Notes: generated by a model from the sequence alone, not told the origin. Numbered from the stretch's first letter, positions 21,582 through 33,311 are shown. The stretch is 64,000 nt of DNA from Tetramitus jugosus (GCA_937625935.1 OW569379.1:248001-312000); one strand, 5' to 3'. Numbers and translations are program-made.

Positions 21582-24500
21582 TCAATGTGATTGAACGTGA
21601 CCGAATGCAATCTCACGCAATGCAGCTGCGGAGTCAGGACCAGTCTGTTCGACGAGCTTTGTGAATATTCCCTCTTGATTGGAGAGCAAGTTGGCAGGTG
21701 TGTCGAACTCAACAACGTGACCAGCTTCCATGACAATGATACGATCACTGTCGATAATTGTGTCCAATCTATGAGCAATCGTCAGGATCGTTCGACTGGC
21801 AAATACATGGCGAATGGTTTTCTGTATCATTGCGTCTGTTTCTAAATCCATGGCAGCTGTTGCTTCATCAAACACGAGAAGCTTTGATTGATTTAACACA
21901 GCTCTAGCAAGGCAAAAGAGCTGTTTCTGACCCAGACTATAGTTCGAACCATTTTCTAATACAATGTTGTTGAGCTGCAAAGGCATTTCTTGAACAACTG
22001 TCTTCAGATTAGCACATTCCAATGCGTTCCATAACTCATCATCCGTATGCTTATTAAATGGATCCAAGTTACTGCGAATTGTGCCCATGAATAACACTGG
22101 TTCTTGCGGAATGATAGCAACCCTGCTTCTGAGATCAGACAATCCCAAGGTTGATATATTGACACCATCAATCGTAATTTGACCAGAATCAGGTTCCAAC
22201 AACCGAAACAAGCTCATTAGCAGCGTCGTCTGTGAAGTGAACAGTCATCAAATTTGTTGTTAGTAGTGAACAATCATCAAGCTGAATGGAATACAAAGAG
22301 AGAATGGATAATACCTTTCCTGAACCTGTGCGACCGACGACACCAACCTTCTCTGCCGGTTTAATCTCCAGAGTGACTCCCTTGAGTACAGGTGGCATAT
22401 GTGAACTATAGCGTAAAAAGAGAGAGTCGATGTGAACACGTCCCTCTGGTGGCCAAATACCAGATGGCTCTGTAGTTCTAATGCGAGCCTCAGCCTCAGG
22501 TTTCACATGATATGCATAATTGTCCAATCTCTCCATACAAGCTATTTGATCATTAATCTCAGCAAATCCTCTCACGACCCACGTGAAGAAAACTAATTGC
22601 TGGAATGAGTTTGAGATTGCTAAACCAAAGGAACTTGCATTCACAGATCCCTTATCTGCAACAGCGAATATAGCAGTAACGAACACGCAAATAGAGCTAA
22701 CCAAATCCAATCTAAATGACAACCAAAGTTGTAGTTGTTCGCTTGTAAACGTTGATCGATGATTATCATCGATTTTCTGGATGTACTCCGACTCAAAGCG
22801 TTGTTGCACACCAAATGCTCGAATCAACACTAATCCTGTCAATGTTTCATTCAAATGAGAAAATATAGAAGAATTTGTGATGCCAGAGCGCTCCTTCAGA
22901 TCGGATGCAGGATTGGAATAGAGGGCATACATGATAACAAAACTGATTACCAGAACAGCCAATATAATCGTATAAAGTGGAATAGTAACACATACAATAA
23001 TGACTGATGTTAACAATATCATCAGATAAATAATGGTCATGTGTATGGTGTCTGGTAATGCTTCATCAGCCGTGTCCTGATCCTTTGAGAAACAATTTAA
23101 AATTCTTCCCACTGGAGTTTCATTGTAGAACTGCATTGGTGCCCTCAATACGCTCTTAAACATACGATTATGTAAGTGAGTTGAGCATCTTAACGTCATG
23201 GCATAGAATACAACTCCTCGTACAATCAGTAGAACGACAAAGCCACTCACCAATACAGCATATATCCAAATATATTTACCATCTGACATGATGAACCGAT
23301 CATCAGTCCACCATCCGATCCATCTATCGCTAATAATTCTGGTAGTTTGTGCAAGGGCAAATATGGATATAGATATGAAGACTAGCAAGAAACCGCACTC
23401 TCTCATCCATACATAGTGACCATAAAATGATAATGTTCTTAGCTTGCTCTTCTTGGAAGTTGCTTTTTCGTCTGTCTGGGAATCACCTCCCATAACAGGC
23501 TCATTGCTGTTATCCGACAATTCCATCTCAATGTCCATTTCTAAGGGTGCAACAATGGGAGCCTCTTGTGATCCCTTGATTTTCAAACCATCCTCCATAT
23601 CCTTTCTTTCTTCATCAGCTTCAAGGAATAACTGCTCTTCGGAGGCATAAATGGTTGGAGTATCTGGTAACTCAACGACTGGGAGCTCCTCTGGTACAAA
23701 CTCCTCCACTTTTCTGTCAAGCTTGCTTTCTTCGAATGCCCAATGAGGAAAGTATCTCTTGACACAGTGGAGAGCCTCGTGATTGAACTCTCCAAAATAT
23801 GTCATACGACCACTGTCCATCACGGCAATAAGATGACATTCCTGTAGTAGCTCTAAATGATGAGAGATGAGCAACACAGTCTTGTCCTTCATCATTCCAC
23901 GTATACAATGTTCAAAAATGTGGATGGCAGTATGTTGATCCACTGCACTTAATGGCGAGTCCAAAAAGTACATATCCGCGTTGCTGTACACCGCTCTTGC
24001 GAGAGCAACCCTTTGCTTTTGTCCACCAGAGAGATTGGCTCCTCGATCACTCAACTCAGTATTATCTCCATCAGGCATGATCTCAAAGTCCCTCTCCAAG
24101 CAACAAGCAAACACAGTTTCCTTGTATCGTGTCTCGTCGTATGAATTTCCAAATAAAATGTTATCTCTGATCGTTCCATTCTGAATCCATGGCACTTGGG
24201 GAACGTAGCCCACGGTTCCCTCGCCCATCGCATATGTCCCTGCTTTTAACTTCATCTGCCCTAAGACGCTAAGTATCAGATTCGTCTTACCTGATCCCAC
24301 AAGCCCAATAATGGCACATAACTTTCCCTTTGGGATCTCAAAGCTAATGTTGTGCAACAATTCATCTGTGTTCAGATATGAAAAACAGGCATTGTCCATC
24401 TTAATTCCATGGTAATTTTTCTCTCTGGGCTGTACTTGCATATCATTCTTGAGTAAGAACTGTCGCAGTCTTGATACGGCCGCAATAAACTCTGCAAATC

Positions 24501-25661
24501 CTCTAAGCGCCTTTGGTAAGACAACCAATGGGAATCGCAGTGTATTGAATAGGCTCAGAGTTGTGAATGCAACTGAAGGACTCAAGTGACCATTCTTCTG
24601 TATATACACCACAAATATCGAGAGAGCAATCAACGGAGGTACACCAAACACGATCGTTAGATTGATGGTCTTGATCAAAGAACCTCCGAACATCATGAAA
24701 AACTCCTTTCTTCTGATACGTTTCACCTTGGCAGCAAAGAACTCCTCCCACGCATACAACTTGACTAATTTGGAAGCCATCAATATCTCAGTCATCAATG
24801 AAACTCTTCGGTCAGTTGTGTTGATACTCTTGGATCTCAAAACGGCCACAAGCCAACCGATGAGGCATTGAACAACGATCAACACGATAATGATACCTAA
24901 GGCAATCCAACCAGGAGAACCCACCAAGTAAATCAACAAGCCAACAATAGCCAATGATTCCAAAGTACCACTCCACAAGAAATGAAAGGAAGAACAACTT
25001 TCCATTAATCGAGAGCAATCATTTGTTGCGAGATTGACAACATCTCCCGCATTCAACTCCTCCATATCGAGACTCATTGCCTTCTGAAACAAGGCTGTCA
25101 ACAGAGCAGCTCTGATTCGAATACCGACCTGACTGGACTTGCTTGACATTTGTTGAAACGTTACGCTCAACAAGAGGCATCCAATGAAGAAACCGACAGA
25201 GAGAACCCATCCAACCCAATCAGCCTTATCACTCGATGTAAATTCAACCAATTCTCTCACAAAATAGAATGAGCATAGCACAATGAGCACACTCCAACAA
25301 AGCTTGTATATACCTGCGAGAACAAAGTCCCACAGCACTGTTTTGATGATTGCCGTCATCAAAGAGGGACTCTTTCGTTTCTTTTGTTGATCCCAGGCTT
25401 TTGAGAATCGTTTGTTGGCCACAAGAGCTCTATCTGATAAATCTAAGCTCAAATCCTTGTCCACCACTGCAGACGTGTTATCCTTCCTTTTCTTGAATCT
25501 GGCCTTGAACACGAGCTTGTCTAGCCATCTTGTGTTGTCAATGAAAATGTGTCAGAGAGTAACTGTGAAGGTCCATATTTTTGGTGAAAATTCACATACG
25601 AAAAGGTGAAGCGAGACAAAACCCAGGCATCTTCAAAGTGCCACGCAAATAACTGTTTCAT
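21582..25661 (-). CDS. ABCC/MRP-type full ABC transporter (exons 25661-25600, 25528-22315, 22229-21582)
   Basis: TMD-NBD-TMD-NBD; GLVGSGKT, LSGGQKQR, GRTGSGK|TT, YSLGQKQL, DEATA, IAHRL. Introns 25599-25529 and 22314-22230 restore SRFTFSWL and Walker A in frame. Confidence 0.93.
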
Positions 25662-26000
25662 TATGCTTCTCTATGATTAGTTGATGGATTGTTTCTTCAA
25701 AGTTGTTGATTGAGTGTGCGAACTGTGAATGAGCTTTGTTGTATTCTTTTTTTCGATTAGGCTATTTACAATCGGCCTCAAGGAGAATTCGGGTAATGTC
25801 GGTGCGCATGCTTCCGGTTGATCGATAAATTTTTAGTTTTGACTCAGGTACAGTATTTTAGGTTCATTTACGATTGAATGGATGATCTGAAAATGCATAG
25901 GAAACTAGTGTGAGAAACAGATTTTATATATATTATACTAGCATCAAGTGTCAAGTAATACGTACAATTGTGTGATCCTCACAGTAACCACATGAATCGC

Positions 26001-26777
26001 TTATTCGCAGAAATACAATGTGAGACCTTGCTTGAGCAATAGATTGGCGCATGGCCATCTCTTGACAACTTCTCTTGGCACTTTGCTCTTATCTTCCTGC
26101 TTACTCAAAGCAGACAACACATCTTGCTCCATCTGCTTCCAAACATCCAACTTGTCCTTACCCTTCAAAAACATGGCCAATTGAGTTGACTTGTCCTCCA
26201 AGAAGTGAATATTGACACCCAATCGATTGAACACTGCAAACTTTTCAGTTGTAGTGTGCAAAACAAGTTTATCATCATTCACTTCAAATGCCTCATCAAC
26301 AACTTGAGGGAACAAGCTTGCTGTATGTCCATCACCACCCATACCAAGAGTCACCAAATCAGCGTTTGGACCATGTTGCTTCAACAAATTGACAATTTGT
26401 TCATTGTAATCCGCAACGCAGGCATCAAGCTCCAAAGTACTTGCTTTTGGATGAACAAAATTAACTCTTGTCAATTGATGAACTGCATCATTAAACAAGT
26501 GAGTGTTCACGAGATTGACATTGGAGTCATTGTGGGCCGTATCAATATAACGATCATCCACCAAAAAAAAGTACACATTGTCCAATGAGAGCTTCTCTTT
26601 CAAAATGACATCTCTCACCAATTGATACATTGGAATGGGTGTGCTACCACCAGACAATCCAATCAACACTGACTTTTGAGAAGTGATGGAGGATCGAATG
26701 ACAGAGAGAATAGCATTGGCACAATCTGTATTGAACTCGTCAACAGAGGTGAAATAATGGGTATTGTATGGCAACAT
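26001..26777 (-). CDS. PGLS: 6-phosphogluconolactonase
   Basis: GLSGGSTP, VDDRYI...DSN and DLVTLGMGGDGHTASLFP motifs. Confidence 0.92.
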   Translation of the reverse strand: MLPYNTHYFTSVDEFNTDCANAILSVIRSSITSQKSVLIGLSGGSTPIPMYQLVRDVILKEKLSLDNVYFFLVDDRYIDTAHNDSNVNLVNTHLFNDAVHQLTRVNFVHPKASTLELDACVADYNEQIVNLLKQHGPNADLVTLGMGGDGHTASLFPQVVDEAFEVNDDKLVLHTTTEKFAVFNRLGVNIHFLEDKSTQLAMFLKGKDKLDVWKQMEQDVLSALSKQEDKSKVPREVVKRWPCANLLLKQGLTLYFCE

Positions 26778-26972
26778 GTGTGTGTGAATTTGTTTGGTGC
26801 TCGGCAGGAAAGGTTTTTTATATTTCGAGCTTGATCATCAAAAGGATCTCCGCTTTTTACTCTCAGAAGAATGAGAAATTCCCCTTCAATGGAGAAATTT
26901 CTTTATGAATTAGGATACACATGATGTGGATGTTAGTCACAAGGGATATTGAGAAGGCTGTATGGGAAACCT

Positions 26973-27584
26973 TTACAAGCCCAGAGCTTGTTTCTTGATT
27001 TGAGCAAATTCTTCTTCACTGATAATTCCCTTCTGTTTCATCTCTCCAAACTTCTCCAAGTCATCAATAGTGTACTGTTTCGTGCTTTCTCTTGGTGTTG
27101 TTGTTGTTGTTGTGCTTGCTGTCGACGGAGCAGTCGTAGTCGCTCTTGGAGAAGCAATACCTGAAGAACGATACTTTTTCTGACCAGTGATAGGATCAAC
27201 GATAAAGCCGACTCGAGGACTACTGGGCGGTGTACTCTGAGAAGATGCGACACTCGTAGTCGTTTGCACAACTTGTTTCTCCCCAAAGTTTGAATCGCGT
27301 CTCTGAGCAATCTTCAGACTACCACTCTCATTGGACAACAGGATATGACAACCGTCCTTGGTCAGATCAAATTTCTGCGTAGAGTTGACATTTCTCTCCC
27401 TTATGGTGAAGCAGACAGAGATGACATGAGAGTTGGAAATCTGAGGAGCTGCTACATCAGTCTCAAACACCTTGCTGACAACGAGTTGTGTTTCGTGGCC
27501 AATGTTCTTTCCTTCGACAGTGAGATCGAATGGTTTTTCCTCGGATGCTGCAATATTCTGGACATGGATATGTACTTTGGTCAT
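26973..27584 (-). CDS. Hypothetical protein with C-terminal SHOCT domain
   Basis: C-terminal IDDLEKFGEMKQKGIISEEEFAQIKKQAL fits SHOCT; first ATG at 27584; S/T-rich linker. Confidence 0.78.
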   Translation of the reverse strand: MTKVHIHVQNIAASEEKPFDLTVEGKNIGHETQLVVSKVFETDVAAPQISNSHVISVCFTIRERNVNSTQKFDLTKDGCHILLSNESGSLKIAQRRDSNFGEKQVVQTTTSVASSQSTPPSSPRVGFIVDPITGQKKYRSSGIASPRATTTAPSTASTTTTTTPRESTKQYTIDDLEKFGEMKQKGIISEEEFAQIKKQALGL

Positions 27585-27780
27585 TTTCTTTATCAAGAGT
27601 AATATTTGTTGTTGTTCAACGGGTATGTCTGGATGATTTGATTACGTCTTTTGTTTTTTCGCTGCTGTTGGCAGATTCGCAACAGTTACAGAGTGACGTT
27701 TGACAAGGGGCGGAATTACGACATTTATTGAAGTTTCTGTACATTGCCTCTTTTCCGTGTGACACAAACTATCCATCTTC

Positions 27781-29229
27781 TCAAATCATACTTGCGACCT
27801 TGGATGAATAGGGTTGAGCAAAGGTTGAACCTCCAGTCAAACCCTGAGCCGATGTACTTCCTCCCAAGAGTTGCTGGGATCCTTGCTGCATCAAACCAGA
27901 GCCTGTTAAACCTTGAGTTTGTTGGGTTGGCATGAAACCTTGTTGTTGAGTCGGGAATGCGCCTTGTTGCTGACTTGGTAAGAATGAGCTTTGTTGTTGG
28001 GAAGGTAAGAAGGATCCTTGCTGTTGGGATGGTAAGAAAGATCCTTGTTGTTGAGTTGGCAAGAATGAACTCTGTTGGAGATTACCTGTTCCTCCGTAGC
28101 CATATTGACTAGATCCTTGAGTGAATCCTTGCTGTTGAGATGGCAAGAAGGATCCCTGCTGTTGAGATGGTAAGAAGGATCCTTGTTGTTGCTGAGAAGG
28201 CAAGAATGAACCACGTTGCTGACCAGATAAGAAGGAGCCTTGTTGTTGGCCACCAAAAGATGAGGAACCATATCCAGCTTGTTGACCCAAAAGCGGGCCA
28301 GAAGTTGGTGTGTATCCTGCGTACTGAGTACCAAATTGTTGTTGACCAATGAATGATTGACTTGGAATGGTTCCAGAAGTGCCTCTGAATTGATTGGCAT
28401 CATAAACCAATGCACTCTGACTGGTAATATTCTCAATGAACTTCTCCTCTCTGATCACATTGATAACCGGTTTCTGGTAAACAGTTCTCTGGATGACCTG
28501 CTCATGAATCTCACGGACCGGTTGTTCATGAATCTCAGTCACAATTGGCTTCTGAATAATCTCCTTTCTCATCTCACGAGTCTGAGAAGAGAGAGGAGGT
28601 TCGTTGATCACACGAACATCTTGTCTTTGATCGACTTGAACCTGTCTCAATCGATCCTGTTCACGCATCTGAGACAATACACGGTTTCTCTCCATTTCAG
28701 CCACTTCTCTGCCCTGAACCTCGAATGTCCCTTGGTCTTGGATGAAAATCTCTTGAACCGGATGCAAGAATCTCTTCTCGATCGGCCTTTCGTGAATTTC
28801 AATGATATCCTGTCTCAATTGCTCTTGAATCATTGGCTTTTGAATCACCTCCTTTCTCAACAACTTCTCAACACGGTCCAACACTGGCTTCTCTTGAATG
28901 ATGTTGGAAGATGAAAACTGCTCATCTCTGAGAACAGTTCTCTCAGTAGAGAACTGGGATTGTTCAATAAATGAACCTCTCTGTTGCTGACCCAACAATG
29001 GTTGCTGCTGTGACAACAATGGTTGCTGTTGTTGTTGAGACAAGAGTGGTTGCTGCTGTTGTGACAACAATGGCTGTTGCTGAGACAGCAATGGTTGCTG
29101 TTGTTGTTGAGACAACAGCGACTGATCAGATGAGAGTGTTGTTCCAAACTTTTGATTCTGAAGATTAGAACTCAAGAAGGATTGGCTTTGTGGTGCATAG
29201 GCCGATTCCATGACATTAGTTTCTACCAT
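27781..29229 (-). CDS. Glutamine-rich repetitive protein with duplicated charged beta-rich core
   Basis: Tandem QQQPLLS (N-terminal) and QQGSFLPSQ (C-terminal) repeats around two copies of KE(V/I)IQKP...EIHE(R/Q)P; start could be ATG 29229 or 29211. Confidence 0.8.
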   Translation of the reverse strand: MVETNVMESAYAPQSQSFLSSNLQNQKFGTTLSSDQSLLSQQQQQPLLSQQQPLLSQQQQPLLSQQQQQPLLSQQQPLLGQQQRGSFIEQSQFSTERTVLRDEQFSSSNIIQEKPVLDRVEKLLRKEVIQKPMIQEQLRQDIIEIHERPIEKRFLHPVQEIFIQDQGTFEVQGREVAEMERNRVLSQMREQDRLRQVQVDQRQDVRVINEPPLSSQTREMRKEIIQKPIVTEIHEQPVREIHEQVIQRTVYQKPVINVIREEKFIENITSQSALVYDANQFRGTSGTIPSQSFIGQQQFGTQYAGYTPTSGPLLGQQAGYGSSSFGGQQQGSFLSGQQRGSFLPSQQQQGSFLPSQQQGSFLPSQQQGFTQGSSQYGYGGTGNLQQSSFLPTQQQGSFLPSQQQGSFLPSQQQSSFLPSQQQGAFPTQQQGFMPTQQTQGLTGSGLMQQGSQQLLGGSTSAQGLTGGSTFAQPYSSKVASMI

Positions 29230-29752
29230 ATTGTAGTTGTTTATCAATAATTGTTATATACAAAAGAGCTTTGGGAAGTTGTTAAGTTTCTTGATGAGGG
29301 ATGATTGTATTAGTTGAGGTATGACGCCCAATATTTATCTCTCAACCACACTGAACACCGAATCGCGTATAATTATCCCAAAGTTAAAAAAGAACCAACT
29401 TGGATGATGAGTTGCAGCAGAGATCTGACGTATGAATCCCTTTGTATTCCAGAGATCTGAGCAAATGCTTTTTTTTCGCACTAGCTCAATCTCAGATCCG
29501 ATCTACGGGATGGACAAAATTCATTGTTTACGGTGAACACCTTATCGGCCGAGACAATTGGACCCTTTATCCTTTTGCGTGCCAACGCCCAAAGCAGCCA
29601 TCTCCCGTTTTGTACTGTGAGCATCGGACAAAAAAATAAAACGACAACACAAAAAACAGAACACCACAACACCTCTTATTTATTTCACCCCACTTTTTTG
29701 AACAATATTGCCCTATTGTCGCTTTGTTGTGTGTTTGAACCACCACTCACAG

Positions 29753-31486
29753 ATGCGCCAACCACACCCAACAATAAACAACAACAATTGTCATCATTCC
29801 AACAATAGCAGCAACAACCAGGATGACTTTCACAACAATATTGTAATGAGCAATGATTATTCCAACAACGCCAATCGCTCAAGAAAAAACAGTTGTACAA
29901 CCTCGATAGCTTCTGCTACTGCTGTTGCGACTGCCTCGACATCTACCTCATTTTTCACAGCAACAACCACAACATCGTCTTCATCGTCAACCACAGCAAC
30001 TTCACGGTCATTATCGAAACAGCAATATGTATTTAGCAGAAGAGGCAGTACGGTCATTGCATCCACCCACCATACAGATGACTTCAACAGCAATAACAGT
30101 GGTGATAGTAGCAGTAGTGCAGCAACAATGATGATACATTCACAGTTTGTTGGTTTGTCAACATCGAGGCGAACATCTGTCATTTCAATGAATCATAGTA
30201 GTACTGTTGTCAGTAGTGAGTATGCCAATGATGATTCCTTCATGCATCACACTCTCCACCAACAGCAACAGCAACAACGGTCCAATGCGCGGTCACAAAA
30301 AGGAATGAAAGTTCATGAGTGTTACCCGTCGTTGGCCAAAAATGAAGTTGATGACGGGCGGAATTTTTTTGCGCGAGCGCTTGATACAAAAACGGACAAA
30401 ACAAGAACTGTGCGAGCACCTATGGACGAGAGGAGGTTTAGCAGAGAGAATCTCCTCTTGTGCGCTGCTCCTCCTCAACAACCACGGCAACAACAACAAC
30501 AACGACAGTATCAAGAAGAGCTTCTTGAGCATGGAATGACGATGATTGTGGATGGTAACGGAGAACACCATCATTCATCACTTGACAACAGCAATAACAG
30601 CAACATAATAACGCCTGAAAAGTCGCAAGCTCTACCCTTCAAACGTCAATCCTCATTTGAGTTGTTTAAGATGCACTTGAACAGCTACGTGTTTCCTCCG
30701 AGGTTATCATCGACATCCTTATCACCATCAACCCTATCATCTCCTCTATCCTCACCAATCATGTCACCATCGCCATCACCGCTACAGGGAGGAGAAGTGA
30801 GTGAAGATGATTGTCATCCATGGTCATCCGTCCGTAGTGGTAGTGGTGAAGAATTCAACCGTGTTGACAGTATTGGTGAAGAGGGAGGTGATTATTCATC
30901 ATCTGATGAAAAAGAAGGCAACAACAATAACAACAAGCATAACAACAATAACAACAATAATAATAATAGGACGATTGGTAGTGCTACAGCTCAACAAGCA
31001 ACAGAATTTGTTCGAAGAGTGTTTCAGCGACAACATCGTCGCAGCACAGAAGAGGATGATGCATTTGTGGAGGCTGTAACAACAGGTCATAGCTCTGCTG
31101 CTGTCTCATCATTGCTCAATACTAATGACAATAATAATAGTAATAATAATAATAATAATAATAACAATCATGATGATGAACACAAGGGCAACAACAACAC
31201 GAACACTAGGGAAACAAATGATGGCACCATCATGATGACAATGCGGAAAAAACAACAACAACAAAAAGCTGTGAAATGTCAGCCTACAGACGATGATCAC
31301 CACCCAACAACGAGTAGTAGTAACACGAGTGTGAAAAAGCAGCATTTCAGTCAAACTAACCCAGGATTGTTTGCAAATCTAGTGCGGACAAGACATGGGC
31401 AACTAATGATATTCTTTGGATTGTTCTGTGTCTTTTTCATCATTTTGAACAAGGTGTTCTCCTCAATAAATCAAGCTCTCAGCTGA
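29753..31486 (+). CDS. Low-complexity (N/S/Q-rich) protein with C-terminal transmembrane helix
   Basis: Long ORF from first ATG 29753; terminal LMIFFGLFCVFFIIL segment suggests tail anchoring. Confidence 0.65.
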   Translation: MRQPHPTINNNNCHHSNNSSNNQDDFHNNIVMSNDYSNNANRSRKNSCTTSIASATAVATASTSTSFFTATTTTSSSSSTTATSRSLSKQQYVFSRRGSTVIASTHHTDDFNSNNSGDSSSSAATMMIHSQFVGLSTSRRTSVISMNHSSTVVSSEYANDDSFMHHTLHQQQQQQRSNARSQKGMKVHECYPSLAKNEVDDGRNFFARALDTKTDKTRTVRAPMDERRFSRENLLLCAAPPQQPRQQQQQRQYQEELLEHGMTMIVDGNGEHHHSSLDNSNNSNIITPEKSQALPFKRQSSFELFKMHLNSYVFPPRLSSTSLSPSTLSSPLSSPIMSPSPSPLQGGEVSEDDCHPWSSVRSGSGEEFNRVDSIGEEGGDYSSSDEKEGNNNNNKHNNNNNNNNNRTIGSATAQQATEFVRRVFQRQHRRSTEEDDAFVEAVTTGHSSAAVSSLLNTNDNNNSNNNNNNNNNHDDEHKGNNNTNTRETNDGTIMMTMRKKQQQQKAVKCQPTDDDHHPTTSSSNTSVKKQHFSQTNPGLFANLVRTRHGQLMIFFGLFCVFFIILNKVFSSINQALS

Positions 31487-31537
31487 GTGGAAAAGACTCG
31501 AGCGGTAAATTATTTCTCAACACAAAAGCAACAAAGA

Positions 31538-32233
31538 ATGCACAGAACCATTGCACGAAAAACAATTGTCTTGATTGGTCGCCATAAGAACCTAACTTCC
31601 AAAAAATTCCACCTTCCTGTCCTCCATCAAACCTCTCTCATTCATCGAAATTTCACAACATTTACTCCGATCCCGCAAACAGCATCTCTTGAAAAAGATA
31701 CGGAACTCCTTTATCAGTTTCAAAGCAAATATAATGGACTTTTATCTTCCAATAACTTTGATGCATGCAAACAATTGTTAGTGGAAGCGAATGAAGCACT
31801 CGAGAGAAGGCCGATTCTTTCGAGTGATGGAAGATTTAGTGTCACTTGTTTCAAGGTTGTTTTGCTGAGAAACACTGCTCTGCTGTCGTTAGTTTGTACA
31901 GATTATGAACAAGCTGATGAGATTACTCGTGAATTGATGGGAATGAAGGATGTGTTGTCATCTGATAACAATGGTTGGGATCGTTACTTTTTCTATGACT
32001 TGAATTCTGCTTTGAGTATCATTTCCAAATGCAATGTGCAGCTAAACAGACTGAATGAGGCATTGTCGATTCAAAATTGGATTGTGAAGCGTTTGGAGCA
32101 ACAATTGCTCTTGCTTGAGCAGATGGAAAATACGAGGCAAGATTGGATCGACAAGACACAAAATGATCTGACTCAGGAGAAGCAAAATCAGAAGCTGATC
32201 ACTGCCAAATACAATGAGCAGTCACATGTTTAA
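31538..32233 (+). CDS. Hypothetical helical (TPR-like) protein, possible mitochondrial presequence
   Basis: ATG 31538 starts an Arg/Lys-rich, acid-free N-terminus (MHRTIARKTIVLIGRHK...RNF); amphipathic helices follow. Confidence 0.6.
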   Translation: MHRTIARKTIVLIGRHKNLTSKKFHLPVLHQTSLIHRNFTTFTPIPQTASLEKDTELLYQFQSKYNGLLSSNNFDACKQLLVEANEALERRPILSSDGRFSVTCFKVVLLRNTALLSLVCTDYEQADEITRELMGMKDVLSSDNNGWDRYFFYDLNSALSIISKCNVQLNRLNEALSIQNWIVKRLEQQLLLLEQMENTRQDWIDKTQNDLTQEKQNQKLITAKYNEQSHV

Positions 32234-32411
32234 TTTGCCGCGGACTCTCTCTATCACAGTATTCGAACACTGTCGCTTTGCGAAATGGAAGCCCGACCAA
32301 CATCCAACCCTTTTAAAAAAAATTGGCGGACCTCCGGTTGTTCTGATTCCACACACCAAAAGAAAAAACCCAAACACACAACAAACATTGAAACATTGAC
32401 CATTAATAACA

Positions 32412-33203
32412 ATGTCACTCTATTCACAAACATCTGTTCCCTATCAAGACCAAATATCAGAAAACTCTCAAAAGAACAATGGTCCATCAGATGTTCTGGG
32501 CTACTATGCTTACGATTCAGATGATGAACTGCAAAACTCTATTGTCAAGGTTGAATTCGAGTACAACCAAATTATTGTCGATGTCATTAATGCCTTTATC
32601 GTCGGACTGTTCTTGTCCATTGTTGGTATCGGTATCCTGATGATCCTGTGTCTGCCGTTCGTTTTCATTTACGGTGTTCATGTTTACAATCGGAGAAAAT
32701 GTTACATTACCTCGACAAATGTGGTTCTGAAACAAGAGATTCCCGTGATGGTGTGTTGTCTGTTCAACAAGAGAGAAAATCACGTGCAACTGTACAATGT
32801 GGTTGATGTGATTGTCACACAGGGAGTCATTCAAAGAATGTTCGATTGCTATACATTGACCATTTTGAATCCTGGTCAAGCAGGCCCTGAACAATCAAGC
32901 TCCATGCAACTGTTTGGTGTCAAGAATGCTCATCAAATTAAGAGAATGCTGTTGGACTTGTCTGCGAAGCTAAAGTCTGGTGAGAAGATTGAGGCACCTA
33001 CTGCTCTCTCTGTAGCAGCCAACTCCTCTGACAACCACCACATGGGATATCAAGCTCATGCTCGTGTCCATACGGAACATTCTACTCTTCTTGTGGACAA
33101 GGAACAACAACAACAGTTCATGAGCACTGTTGTGGATATCAATCAATCCTTGTTGCGCATTGAGCAATTGTTAGCTTCCCAACAACAACAACCAAACGTG
33201 TAA
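32412..33203 (+). CDS. Membrane protein with bacterial-PH (bPH_2/DUF304-like) domain
   Basis: Hydrophobic hairpin, then CYITSTNVVLK...KRENHVQLYNVVDVIVTQGVIQRMFDCYTLTI pattern characteristic of bPH_2. Confidence 0.7.
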   Translation: MSLYSQTSVPYQDQISENSQKNNGPSDVLGYYAYDSDDELQNSIVKVEFEYNQIIVDVINAFIVGLFLSIVGIGILMILCLPFVFIYGVHVYNRRKCYITSTNVVLKQEIPVMVCCLFNKRENHVQLYNVVDVIVTQGVIQRMFDCYTLTILNPGQAGPEQSSSMQLFGVKNAHQIKRMLLDLSAKLKSGEKIEAPTALSVAANSSDNHHMGYQAHARVHTEHSTLLVDKEQQQQFMSTVVDINQSLLRIEQLLASQQQQPNV

Positions 33204-33311
33204 ATACAATTCAATTAATTTATTAACCACTCAGTTTATAGCTCTCATATTTCTTTTTGCTTCTTTTTGTACATTTGAAGGAGTTCGGACTTTTATGAAG
33301 TCGAGACCACC

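Noticed and set aside
22189-22314. Apparent frameshift splitting the ABC transporter into two ORFs
   Set aside because: An 85-nt GT-AG intron (22314-22230) restores GSGK-TT in frame.
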